Virus record (IMG/VR): IMGVR_UViG_3300031857_000140
Coordinates: 2,017-66,016 of that record
DNA length: 64,000 bases
Reading direction: 5' to 3' (one strand)
Origin: a virus
Lineage: Duplodnaviria > Caudoviricetes
Part shown: one piece after another, positions 56,524-64,000 of the stretch
Position numbering within the stretch: position 1 is the first letter of the stretch
Layout of the letters: every line of letters starts with the position of its first letter
Notes under the pieces: generated by a model
What the model saw: the letters and a program-made list of their open reading frames with translations, nothing else
Databases searched by the model: none
Told to the model about the DNA's origin: nothing
Made by a program: the position numbers and the translations under genes

Positions 56524-58959
56524 ATGCAAAGAGATTATACAGCAAAAGGCCAGTCTACATTCCCCGACCCGTTAGCGAGTACGGAGGAAAAAATGGCAAA
56601 AGGCTATGGCCTTCAATATGCCAAGGCCATGTATGCACAGTGGATTGGCGTTGACTACAACAATTCACTTTACGGTCGTCGGTTCAATGAGATGCAGAAC
56701 AACCGCGACTACGCACAGGGTACTCAGGATACGTCAATCTACCGACAAATCCTAAGTTCTCTTGATGCAAACAACGGTGACGGAACGATGCTTACGCTGG
56801 ACTATACTCCAGTGCCCATCATCCCGAAGTTTGTTCGCATCGTAGTAAACAAGATTCTTTCTCGTAAGCCGTACCCACAGGTACAGGCTATTGACCCATT
56901 GTCTCGTTCCGAGAAAGACAAGAAGAAAAATTCAGCTGTCCTGCGCATCGAAAACAAGTCGATGCTTCAGGAGGCTAAGTCGCTTGGTCTTTCGCTGAAG
57001 GTAGACCCGGACGCTTTGCCCGACACCCCAGAGGAAACGGAAATCTTCCTGGACACCAACGTCAAGACTGACGCAGAAATCGCTGCGCAGCTCGCCACGG
57101 AGATGACCCTCACGTGGAATGACTTTGACGACGGCATCTACCGTCGTTGCGTGGAGGACTTGGTTACCTGCGGTATCGCTGTTACCAAGCGTACCAACGA
57201 CCCTAACTACGGAATCCGTGAGCAATATGTAGACCCTGCATATTTCATCCATAACTACACGGATGACCCCAACATGGCGGACCTCACCTACGCTGGACAC
57301 TTCCGCACGGTGACCATCATGGAGCTCAAGCGTTTGGCTGGCAATCAGTTTACGGAAGAGCAGTACCAGCAGATTGCTCAGACGGTTATGAACCGCTACG
57401 GAAACGACCCGCTGCGCTACAGCACTCAAGGGTACAACTACGAGACCATCAGCAATCGCTACCGCTACGGATACGATGAGTTCAAGGTGCAGATTATGGA
57501 CTTTGAGTTCATGTCTGTTGACGACATCGTATTCGAGAAGAAGGAGTCCAAGTTTGGCAACGTAGGATTCTACTACAAGGGCAGCACCTACAACGCTCCG
57601 CAGCAGTCGGTGTTTGACCGCGAGGCAGTGTACATGAAGAACGCCACCGTCTACGGCGGTATCTACATTGTGGGCACAGACTTCATGTTCAACTACGGAG
57701 TTCAGAAGAACATCCCGAAGAACGTACACGACATCGCTCGTGCTCGTCTTTCGTACTCTTGCGTGGCCACCAACCTGCGTGGCATGATTCCAAAGTCAAT
57801 GGTGTCAAGCATCATCGGCTTTGGTGATATGCTTCAAATCACGCACCTGAAGCTTCAGCAGTCTATCGCCAAGGCTAAGCCTGATGGTCTTATCATCGAC
57901 ATCGAAGGACTGGAGAACGTACAGCTCGGTCGTGGTGGTGAGCTCCAGCCTTTGGAGATTCAAGACATCTATGAGCAGACGGGTGTATTCTACTACCGCT
58001 CTAAGAATCCAGAGGGCGGGTTCCAAAACCCGCCTGTGCGCGAAATCGGAAACGCTATTCGTAACGTAGAGCAGCTGATTGGTTTGTACAACCACTACCT
58101 GCGCATGATTCGTGACGCTACGGGAATCAACGAAGTCGTTGATGCCAGCACTCCTAAGTCGGAGGCATTGGTTGGTGTTCGTGAGCAGGCTATCGCCGCT
58201 TCGAACAACGCTACCTACGACATCACGCACGCTGCTCAGGTACTCTACAAGAAGGTATGCGACGACATCGTACGATGCCTTCAGGTCATTCCGCCAAAGA
58301 GCATCATCTACAAGGTATACACTAACGCCATTGGTGAGACCAATATGTCTGTTCTAACATCGTTTGATAACCTGTCGATGTACAACTTCGGCGTGGTGGT
58401 CATGGGAGAGATGGATGACCGCTCTAAGATTTACCTTGAGCAGAACATCAACATGGCCCTTTCTCAAAAGGAGATTGACCTTGAAGATGCGATTGCTATC
58501 CGACAGCTAAGAGACCCGGAGCAGGCAGAGCGCTTGCTTGTGGTGCGCCGTAAGAAGCGCATGAAGCAGCGGATGGAAGAGGCTCAGCAGCAGGCTCAGT
58601 TCCAAGCTGAGGCCAACGCTCAGGCTTCACAGGTAGCTGCTCAGTCAACGATGCAGGCAGACCAGGTGAAGGCTCAGCTTGAGGCTCAGAAGATTCAGCT
58701 TGAGACCCAGGCCAAGGCGCAGCTCATGGAGCTGCAGCACCAGTACGACATGGAGCTTCAGAAGCTCAAGAACGAAGCTGTTGTGGGCTCACAGATGGTC
58801 AAAGGTCAGACGCAAGAAAGCCTTGACAACATGAAGGAGAACCGCAAGGACGCTCGTATCAACAAGCAGGCAGAAGCGCAGTCTAAGCTGATTGCACAAC
58901 GCAAAGGGGAAGAGGGCGCCATGCAGCCCGACCTAGGCGAAGCACTAATGAATGTTTAA
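56524..58959 (+). CDS. Portal protein
   Basis: About 810 aa after terL; PIIPKFV..VV, TGINE; C-terminal Gln-rich coiled coil. Confidence 0.85.
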   Translation: MQRDYTAKGQSTFPDPLASTEEKMAKGYGLQYAKAMYAQWIGVDYNNSLYGRRFNEMQNNRDYAQGTQDTSIYRQILSSLDANNGDGTMLTLDYTPVPIIPKFVRIVVNKILSRKPYPQVQAIDPLSRSEKDKKKNSAVLRIENKSMLQEAKSLGLSLKVDPDALPDTPEETEIFLDTNVKTDAEIAAQLATEMTLTWNDFDDGIYRRCVEDLVTCGIAVTKRTNDPNYGIREQYVDPAYFIHNYTDDPNMADLTYAGHFRTVTIMELKRLAGNQFTEEQYQQIAQTVMNRYGNDPLRYSTQGYNYETISNRYRYGYDEFKVQIMDFEFMSVDDIVFEKKESKFGNVGFYYKGSTYNAPQQSVFDREAVYMKNATVYGGIYIVGTDFMFNYGVQKNIPKNVHDIARARLSYSCVATNLRGMIPKSMVSSIIGFGDMLQITHLKLQQSIAKAKPDGLIIDIEGLENVQLGRGGELQPLEIQDIYEQTGVFYYRSKNPEGGFQNPPVREIGNAIRNVEQLIGLYNHYLRMIRDATGINEVVDASTPKSEALVGVREQAIAASNNATYDITHAAQVLYKKVCDDIVRCLQVIPPKSIIYKVYTNAIGETNMSVLTSFDNLSMYNFGVVVMGEMDDRSKIYLEQNINMALSQKEIDLEDAIAIRQLRDPEQAERLLVVRRKKRMKQRMEEAQQQAQFQAEANAQASQVAAQSTMQADQVKAQLEAQKIQLETQAKAQLMELQHQYDMELQKLKNEAVVGSQMVKGQTQESLDNMKENRKDARINKQAEAQSKLIAQRKGEEGAMQPDLGEALMNV

Positions 58960-58968
58960 CTTTGTGAT

Positions 58969-59337
58969 ATGAGCAGTTGTTCCTCCAATTCAGTAAACTT
59001 AGACAACGCGAAGCAGGTAGATATTACCTGCCGTCGTGGAGATACATTTACGCTAGAGATTAACTTTTACGACCCTAACGGAAACCCAATCAACCTAACT
59101 GGTTACACTTGGAAGATGGACGTTTCTGTTAGCGATAACGTAGCTCCTGTACTTGACGATACTGCATTTACCTACACGGGAAATAGCACTGGAACACTAT
59201 ACGTAGCAGCCAGCGCTGCTACGATGTCTACCATTGCTGGTGGAGTTTACATCTACGGACTTCAGAGTACCGATGGTGGCGTTGTAAAGACGTGGATATA
59301 CGGAACCTTTAACGTAAACGAGGACGTCGTTTCATGA
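58969..59337 (+). CDS. Putative tail/fibre adaptor protein
   Basis: RGDTF.L...D..G.PINLTGY...Y.Y.LQ. Confidence 0.55.
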   Translation: MSSCSSNSVNLDNAKQVDITCRRGDTFTLEINFYDPNGNPINLTGYTWKMDVSVSDNVAPVLDDTAFTYTGNSTGTLYVAASAATMSTIAGGVYIYGLQSTDGGVVKTWIYGTFNVNEDVVS

Positions 59338-59660
59338 GTTCTTCAGTAGTAGTAAACGAAGTAACCACCTCGGTCGTTGTAAACGAAGTCGAGACCTCTG
59401 CTATTGTTTTAAAACAAAAGAATAACACGGTAACCGTTACTGGAGTAATAGGTGGCGTCAGCCTTGACGCTAACTACGTCTACATTCAGTCGTCTCCTTC
59501 CGCCGTATGGGTTGTTACGCACAACCTTGCAAAATATCCTTCTGTAAGTGTTGTTGACTCTGCCGACAACATTGTATTTGGAGAAGTATTATATAATTCA
59601 GTAAACCAAGTAACCCTAACTTTCGCTGGAGCTTTCAGCGGCAAAGCATTCTTTAACTAA
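59334..59660 (+). CDS. Tail-associated protein
   Basis: W.VTHNL.KYPSV.VVD...F...FSG.A. Confidence 0.55.
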   Translation: MSSSVVVNEVTTSVVVNEVETSAIVLKQKNNTVTVTGVIGGVSLDANYVYIQSSPSAVWVVTHNLAKYPSVSVVDSADNIVFGEVLYNSVNQVTLTFAGAFSGKAFFN

Positions 59661-61147
59661 TGGCTATTAAGTTTGTATCGTCCATTAACCTCAACCAGAA
59701 TGAGCTGCAAAATGCGGTCATTCAGAACTTGGCTTCTCCTCCAGGGAGTCCGGTAGAGGGACAAGTTTACTACGACTCCTCCGCGGGTGATAAGTCAATT
59801 TACTTCTGGGACGGAACCCAGTGGATTGACGTAGGTGGTGACATCCGAAGCGTAACCGCAGGAGCTGGTCTTACCCAGACTGGTACTCGTGACATTACCA
59901 TCAACGTAGGTCAGGGTACTGGTATCTTGGTTAACCCAGACAACGTACAGCTGTACCACCTTGGTCTTGAGAACCTCACCGACCCTAACGCTGACCGAAT
60001 CTTCTTCTGGGACGACTCAGCAGGTGCTTCTCAGTGGCTTGAGGTATCTACCGCTACGGGTATCAATATCAGCGGTACGACCCTTCAGCTTGGTTCTATC
60101 CCCAATAGTTCACTCACGAACTCAAGTGTAACCTACACCGCTGGTGCTGGTTTGACGGGTGGTGGAACTGTTGCTCTTGGTTCAAGCGCTACGCTTACCG
60201 TTGGTGCTGGAACGGGTATCACGGTCAACGCTGACGACGTAGCCCTTAAGAACGCAGGAAGCCTAAACAACAACGCGGTAACCAAGTGGGATTCGTCCAA
60301 CGGCCAGCTTGTTAACTCCATCATTACGGACGACGGTTCAACGGTAACGATTGCTGGCAACCTCGACGTAAACGGAACGACGACGACCATCGACAGCACG
60401 ATTGTATCTATTGGTGACAATATGATGCAGTACGCCAACGCTAACGTGGCCAACAGCGTCGACATTGGTTTCTACGGAAACTACGTCAACAGCGGAACGA
60501 AGTACGCTACGTTCTTCTACGACGCTTCTGTAAGCTCTGTAAGTGAGGCTGTCTTTACTCTTGGCCAGACATCAACTGAGCCAACGTCTACCGTTAGTGG
60601 CCTTACTGTTGGTCGCCTTGTTGCTAACCTAACTGGTGATGTAACTGGTAACGCCTCTACTGCTACTGCACTTCAGACGGCCCGCACCATCAGCATCACG
60701 GGAGACGCCACGTGGACGGTAACGTTTGACGGAACAGCTAACGTAACCTCTGGTCTTACGCTCGCTAACTCTGGTGTTACTGCCGGAACGTATGGTAGCG
60801 CTTCTAGCGTTGCTCAGGTTACGTTTGACGCTAAGGGACGTGCTACGAGCGCAAGCTCTGTAACAATTGCTATCACGGCATCGCAGGTCACTGACTTCAC
60901 TAGTGCTGTTCAGGCCATCATTGACGGCAGCGGAGCTGTTGCTAACGTAGGTGATGGAAGCAATACCTCTTACGCCATCACTCACAACCTCAATAGCCGT
61001 GACGTGATTGTGCAGGTGTACGATAATGCTACGTATGACACTGTATACACCGATGTTATCCGTACTAGCGTGAATGTTGTCACTGTAACATTTGCTACAG
61101 CACCCGCAAGCAACGCCTACAGGGTCGTTATCCAAAGGGTTTCGTAG
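59660..61147 (+). CDS. Proximal tail fibre protein
   Basis: AG.GL repeats, GDVTGNASTATAL...RTI, GVTAGTYG...DAKGR, ITHNL. Confidence 0.75.
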   Translation: MAIKFVSSINLNQNELQNAVIQNLASPPGSPVEGQVYYDSSAGDKSIYFWDGTQWIDVGGDIRSVTAGAGLTQTGTRDITINVGQGTGILVNPDNVQLYHLGLENLTDPNADRIFFWDDSAGASQWLEVSTATGINISGTTLQLGSIPNSSLTNSSVTYTAGAGLTGGGTVALGSSATLTVGAGTGITVNADDVALKNAGSLNNNAVTKWDSSNGQLVNSIITDDGSTVTIAGNLDVNGTTTTIDSTIVSIGDNMMQYANANVANSVDIGFYGNYVNSGTKYATFFYDASVSSVSEAVFTLGQTSTEPTSTVSGLTVGRLVANLTGDVTGNASTATALQTARTISITGDATWTVTFDGTANVTSGLTLANSGVTAGTYGSASSVAQVTFDAKGRATSASSVTIAITASQVTDFTSAVQAIIDGSGAVANVGDGSNTSYAITHNLNSRDVIVQVYDNATYDTVYTDVIRTSVNVVTVTFATAPASNAYRVVIQRVS

Positions 61148-61168
61148 ACACGTGTAACATATTTGAGC

Positions 61169-61205
61169 AGCGGTGGTTGGCGTAAGCTTTCCACCGCTTT
61201 TCTTT
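61169..61205 (+). terminator. Rho-independent terminator
   Basis: AGCGGTGG...CCACCGCT plus T-tract. Confidence 0.65.
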
Positions 61206-61216
61206 ATCTTTGTAGT

Positions 61217-61957
61217 ATGAAGCTGTGCGGTAAATGCAAAACTGAGAAACCATTTGAAGAGTTCCATAAGTGCAAGTCGCACAAAGATGGCCTATCATCT
61301 CATTGCAAACCCTGCAAGAAGGTTGCTGACAGAAAATACAACGAAGAAAACAGGGATGTTGTTGCGGCTAAGAAAAAAGAATACAACGAAAGAAACAAAG
61401 AGCGCCTAGCTGAAAAAAAGAAAATATACTCGCAAAATAATAAAGAGTTATTAAAGGAATATAAGAGACAATACTATCTAAAGAACAAAGAGTCTATATC
61501 CATTAAGCAACGTGAGCATTATGAAAAAACTAGAGACTCTTACATTTCAAGAACTAGGAAGCACTATATAGCTAATAAAGAATCTATTGCTGTCAAGAAG
61601 AGAGAGTACGAAAAGAAACGAAAGGAGTCAAACCCAGTATTCAAATTGATTTGCAATATGAGAACAAGTATATATAGGTCTTGTAGAGCGATGAGTTTGA
61701 ACAAGAAGTTTAAGACATTTGATGCTCTCGGCATCACACAAGATGAGTTTAAGATATATATTGAGTCACACTTTGTTGAAGGTATGACTTGGAATAACTA
61801 TGGGCACGGCGAAGGCAAGTGGTCCATTGACCACACAAAGCCACTTTGCACAGCAAAGACAGAAGAAGACGTTTTCACATTGAATCACTACACTAATCTC
61901 CGGCCGATGTGGTGGTTCGACAATTTAGCTAAAGGCGGAAAATATCAAGAACAATGA
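61217..61957 (+). CDS. Free-standing HNH-type homing endonuclease
   Basis: CGKC..KP..EF.K...DGL...CK.C; Lys-rich repeats; WSIDH.KPL...HYTNLRP.W..DN..KG; AT-rich. Confidence 0.85.
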   Translation: MKLCGKCKTEKPFEEFHKCKSHKDGLSSHCKPCKKVADRKYNEENRDVVAAKKKEYNERNKERLAEKKKIYSQNNKELLKEYKRQYYLKNKESISIKQREHYEKTRDSYISRTRKHYIANKESIAVKKREYEKKRKESNPVFKLICNMRTSIYRSCRAMSLNKKFKTFDALGITQDEFKIYIESHFVEGMTWNNYGHGEGKWSIDHTKPLCTAKTEEDVFTLNHYTNLRPMWWFDNLAKGGKYQEQ

Positions 61958-64000
61958 GCGTGAGATTTTTATCAGGAGTAAACGTAGACAGCAATACGCT
62001 GGTTGTTGATGACGTAAATAACCGAGTAGGTATTGGTACGGCGAGTCCGGGCACCATTTTAGAAGTATCTTCAGCAACTCCAATCTTTAGAATTTCATCA
62101 TCTCTAAATTCATCGTTTCACGGAATTGAATTTCGAAATGGTGGTGCGCTTGATGCTGAGATAAAGCAGCTTCCTGAAACTGGAGAATTTAGAATCTCAA
62201 ACGGAAGGAACTCAAGCTGGGGTGGCTTTATTACGCTTTACACCGATACGGCAGAACGAATGCGCATCACTAGCGCAGGCAACGTGGGTATCGGAACTAC
62301 TTCACCAAGTGAAAAACTTGATGTGAATGGAAACGGAAGATTTTTAAATTCCGTTACAACATTTGCAGGTAGTTCCGGATACTATGGTCGAATTTCAACA
62401 GAGTATAATTACCCATACATTGAAACATTTATTGATTCAATAGCTGCCGCATCTTGGGATAGTAGATTGGTTTTTCGCACCAATTCAAATGCTGGTGGAG
62501 CCACAACCGGAATGGTAATTGACCCATTTGGAAAAGTCGGCATTGGAACCACGAGTCCGGCTGCGAAACTTACAGTAGCTGGAACCACATACTTAAATCT
62601 GACATCTGATTATTTTGGGGCTTCAACTACTGTTCAAATAAGTAGTGGTAGTGGCTCTAATGCTGTAGGAATACTATCAAATACTTTTTACTTATATCCA
62701 TATTCATCTAACACTACGACTAGTTTGGTTTATGGATATAACGGAAATGCAAGCTGGGGCCTTACAAACGCTGGAGGCAACAGCAGGTTTGATTTCTATA
62801 GCTACTCCGCCGGAAGTAGCATTATGTCAATAACTAGTTCAGGCAACGTTGGTATTGGCACTACTAGTCCTTCGTATAAGTTAGACGTAAGTGGGCAAAT
62901 TAGGGTTGATAATGGAGTAGGAAATGGTTCCGGCCAGGCGCTTATAGTTGGTGGTTCTGGAGATGTAACATTATCTGATGGAGGTTCATTATTCTTTGGA
63001 GCATACGATTATGGTGGCTCAACATATATTAGAGGATATGACTCTGGTGACGTTATGTACTTCTACAGTAACGGTACCAACGCAGTTTACTTTAAAAGCG
63101 ATAGAGCAATATTCAGCGTTAACGTCGGTATTGGCACGACGAGTCCGTCATCTAAACTGCACGTATCTTCTTCCGGAGAAACAACTTTAATTATAGACTC
63201 CACTTCAGCTGGAACAGCTAGAATTAATCTAACTGGAGCCGGTGGTGGAGCTGGTGCTATAACTAGTACTGTAGGTGGATTATATGTTTACGCATCAGGC
63301 GCTAATCCTATTACGTTTAATACAAACGGTTCCGAACGTCTCCGTGTAGAGTCAAATGGCAACGTAGGCATTGGGACGACGAGTCCTAGTACTAAGCTTG
63401 ATGTTATTGGAACTGGTATATTTGGAACTATGACCACATCAAGGGGGTCATACTCAAATGGGCTTTCTTTGCAAAATAATGGTGGGCAAGCAACGAGTTT
63501 ATTTTTGTGGCAGGACGGTGTAGCTTCTGCTCACATTGGTTCACCGGCAAATAGCACAAGTCTTCACATTGTAAACAGCTATAATACTGGCTTAATTACT
63601 GACCCAAATGCCATAGTGTTAAACAATACTGGAAACGTCGGCATTGGCACTGCGACTCCTGGAGCTAAAATCCACGTTGTAGGTACGGAGTCAAGATTTG
63701 GTGGCGTTGCAAGTGGATTCATATCTGTGTATAATGCAACCGGTAGAAGTGGATACATCCAAGCCAATGGCGGCACAGACCTAAGAATAGCCTCTGATTC
63801 CGACCCAATGACTATGTATGTCAACGGTTCAGAGCGAATGCGTATTTCATCTGTAGGAGCACTCAAACTAAATGCTTATGGTTCCGGTTCAAATACCGGA
63901 ACCGCCACCCAGCGTCTTGCTGTTGACGCTAGCGGTAACGTCATTGAGATACCCATTGGCTCAGGACCAGTAGACGGAAACGGTACTGCGAACTATGTTA
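61954..64000 (+). CDS. Long tail fibre 1, N-terminal part (MSVRFLSGVNVDSNTLVVDDVNNRVGIGT...), runs off the window end
   Basis: ATG overlaps the TGA of the upstream HNH gene; open frame in phase with ORF 128..3670; not in the ORF track because no stop lies in the window. Confidence 0.9.
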   Translation, partial: MSVRFLSGVNVDSNTLVVDDVNNRVGIGTASPGTILEVSSATPIFRISSSLNSSFHGIEFRNGGALDAEIKQLPETGEFRISNGRNSSWGGFITLYTDTAERMRITSAGNVGIGTTSPSEKLDVNGNGRFLNSVTTFAGSSGYYGRISTEYNYPYIETFIDSIAAASWDSRLVFRTNSNAGGATTGMVIDPFGKVGIGTTSPAAKLTVAGTTYLNLTSDYFGASTTVQISSGSGSNAVGILSNTFYLYPYSSNTTTSLVYGYNGNASWGLTNAGGNSRFDFYSYSAGSSIMSITSSGNVGIGTTSPSYKLDVSGQIRVDNGVGNGSGQALIVGGSGDVTLSDGGSLFFGAYDYGGSTYIRGYDSGDVMYFYSNGTNAVYFKSDRAIFSVNVGIGTTSPSSKLHVSSSGETTLIIDSTSAGTARINLTGAGGGAGAITSTVGGLYVYASGANPITFNTNGSERLRVESNGNVGIGTTSPSTKLDVIGTGIFGTMTTSRGSYSNGLSLQNNGGQATSLFLWQDGVASAHIGSPANSTSLHIVNSYNTGLITDPNAIVLNNTGNVGIGTATPGAKIHVVGTESRFGGVASGFISVYNATGRSGYIQANGGTDLRIASDSDPMTMYVNGSERMRISSVGALKLNAYGSGSNTGTATQRLAVDASGNVIEIPIGSGPVDGNGTANYV
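62340..64000. repeat. Repeat of window positions 1-1661 (wrap-around of a 62,339-bp circular or terminally redundant genome)
   Basis: Sequence from 62340 reads as position 1 onward; ORFs 639..851 and 62978..63190 are identical and offset by 62,339. Confidence 0.98.

Larger units (their letters stand above)
7094..61212 (+). promoter_or_regulatory. Dispersed Bacteroidota-type -7 promoter boxes (TAnnTTTG)
   Basis: Copies at gene boundaries: 7094, 7858, 8637, 12061, 12152, 18753, 26563, 28117, 47602, 48147, 49017, 49668, 50475, 51890, 56496, 58957, 61205. Confidence 0.8.

Noticed and set aside
56932-57729. Long antisense ORFs (also 10542..11054, 60629..61282 and 39165..39728)
   Set aside because: Shadows of codon-biased genes on the opposite strand with no recognisable motifs
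1-62339. Stop-codon reassignment as in some crAss-like phages
   Set aside because: Long genes are intact in the standard code and TAA, TGA and TAG all end genes
62340-64000. 1.66-kb repeat as a biological duplication or terminal repeat
   Set aside because: It starts mid-gene and ends exactly at the window edge; best explained as wrap-around of a circular sequence

Overview
The window holds a complete, circularly permuted dsDNA phage genome of 62,339 bp: positions 62340-64000 repeat positions 1-1661, so the window wraps around. The gene set indicates a podovirus-like tailed phage with a crAss-like virion module (terminase, portal, scaffold, major capsid, ring/tube and stabilisation proteins, three putative ejection proteins). 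The host is most likely Bacteroidota, because TAnnTTTG -7 promoter boxes precede many genes and the primase-helicase carries a BT4734/VirE-N-type domain. The plus-strand arm (47.6 kb through the wrap to 28.4 kb) encodes packaging, structure, two repeat-built tail fibres and lysis. The minus-strand arm (47.2 to 28.4 kb) encodes early/accessory genes, an amidoligase-GATase-GGCT set, recombination proteins, primase-helicase and a glycosyltransferase. I could not recognise a DNA polymerase, integrase, tRNA, CRISPR array or reverse transcriptase. The most notable signals are: (1) the putative first transcription unit, with a perfect sigma-54 consensus promoter, two upstream ATTTAGAATnnnTCTAAAT palindromes, an Arg-rich small protein, a twin-hairpin structured RNA and a terminator, which may form a host-state-sensing antitermination switch; (2) tail fibres built of AT-rich modules joined by nucleotide-conserved GNVGIGTTSP repeats; (3) a frame-independent, strongly over-represented 8-mer CAACAGCT; (4) a free-standing 34-aa peptide resembling the redox C-tail of ribonucleotide reductase; (5) a direct-repeat-flanked gene cassette. 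All product calls come from motif recognition by eye, not database searches.
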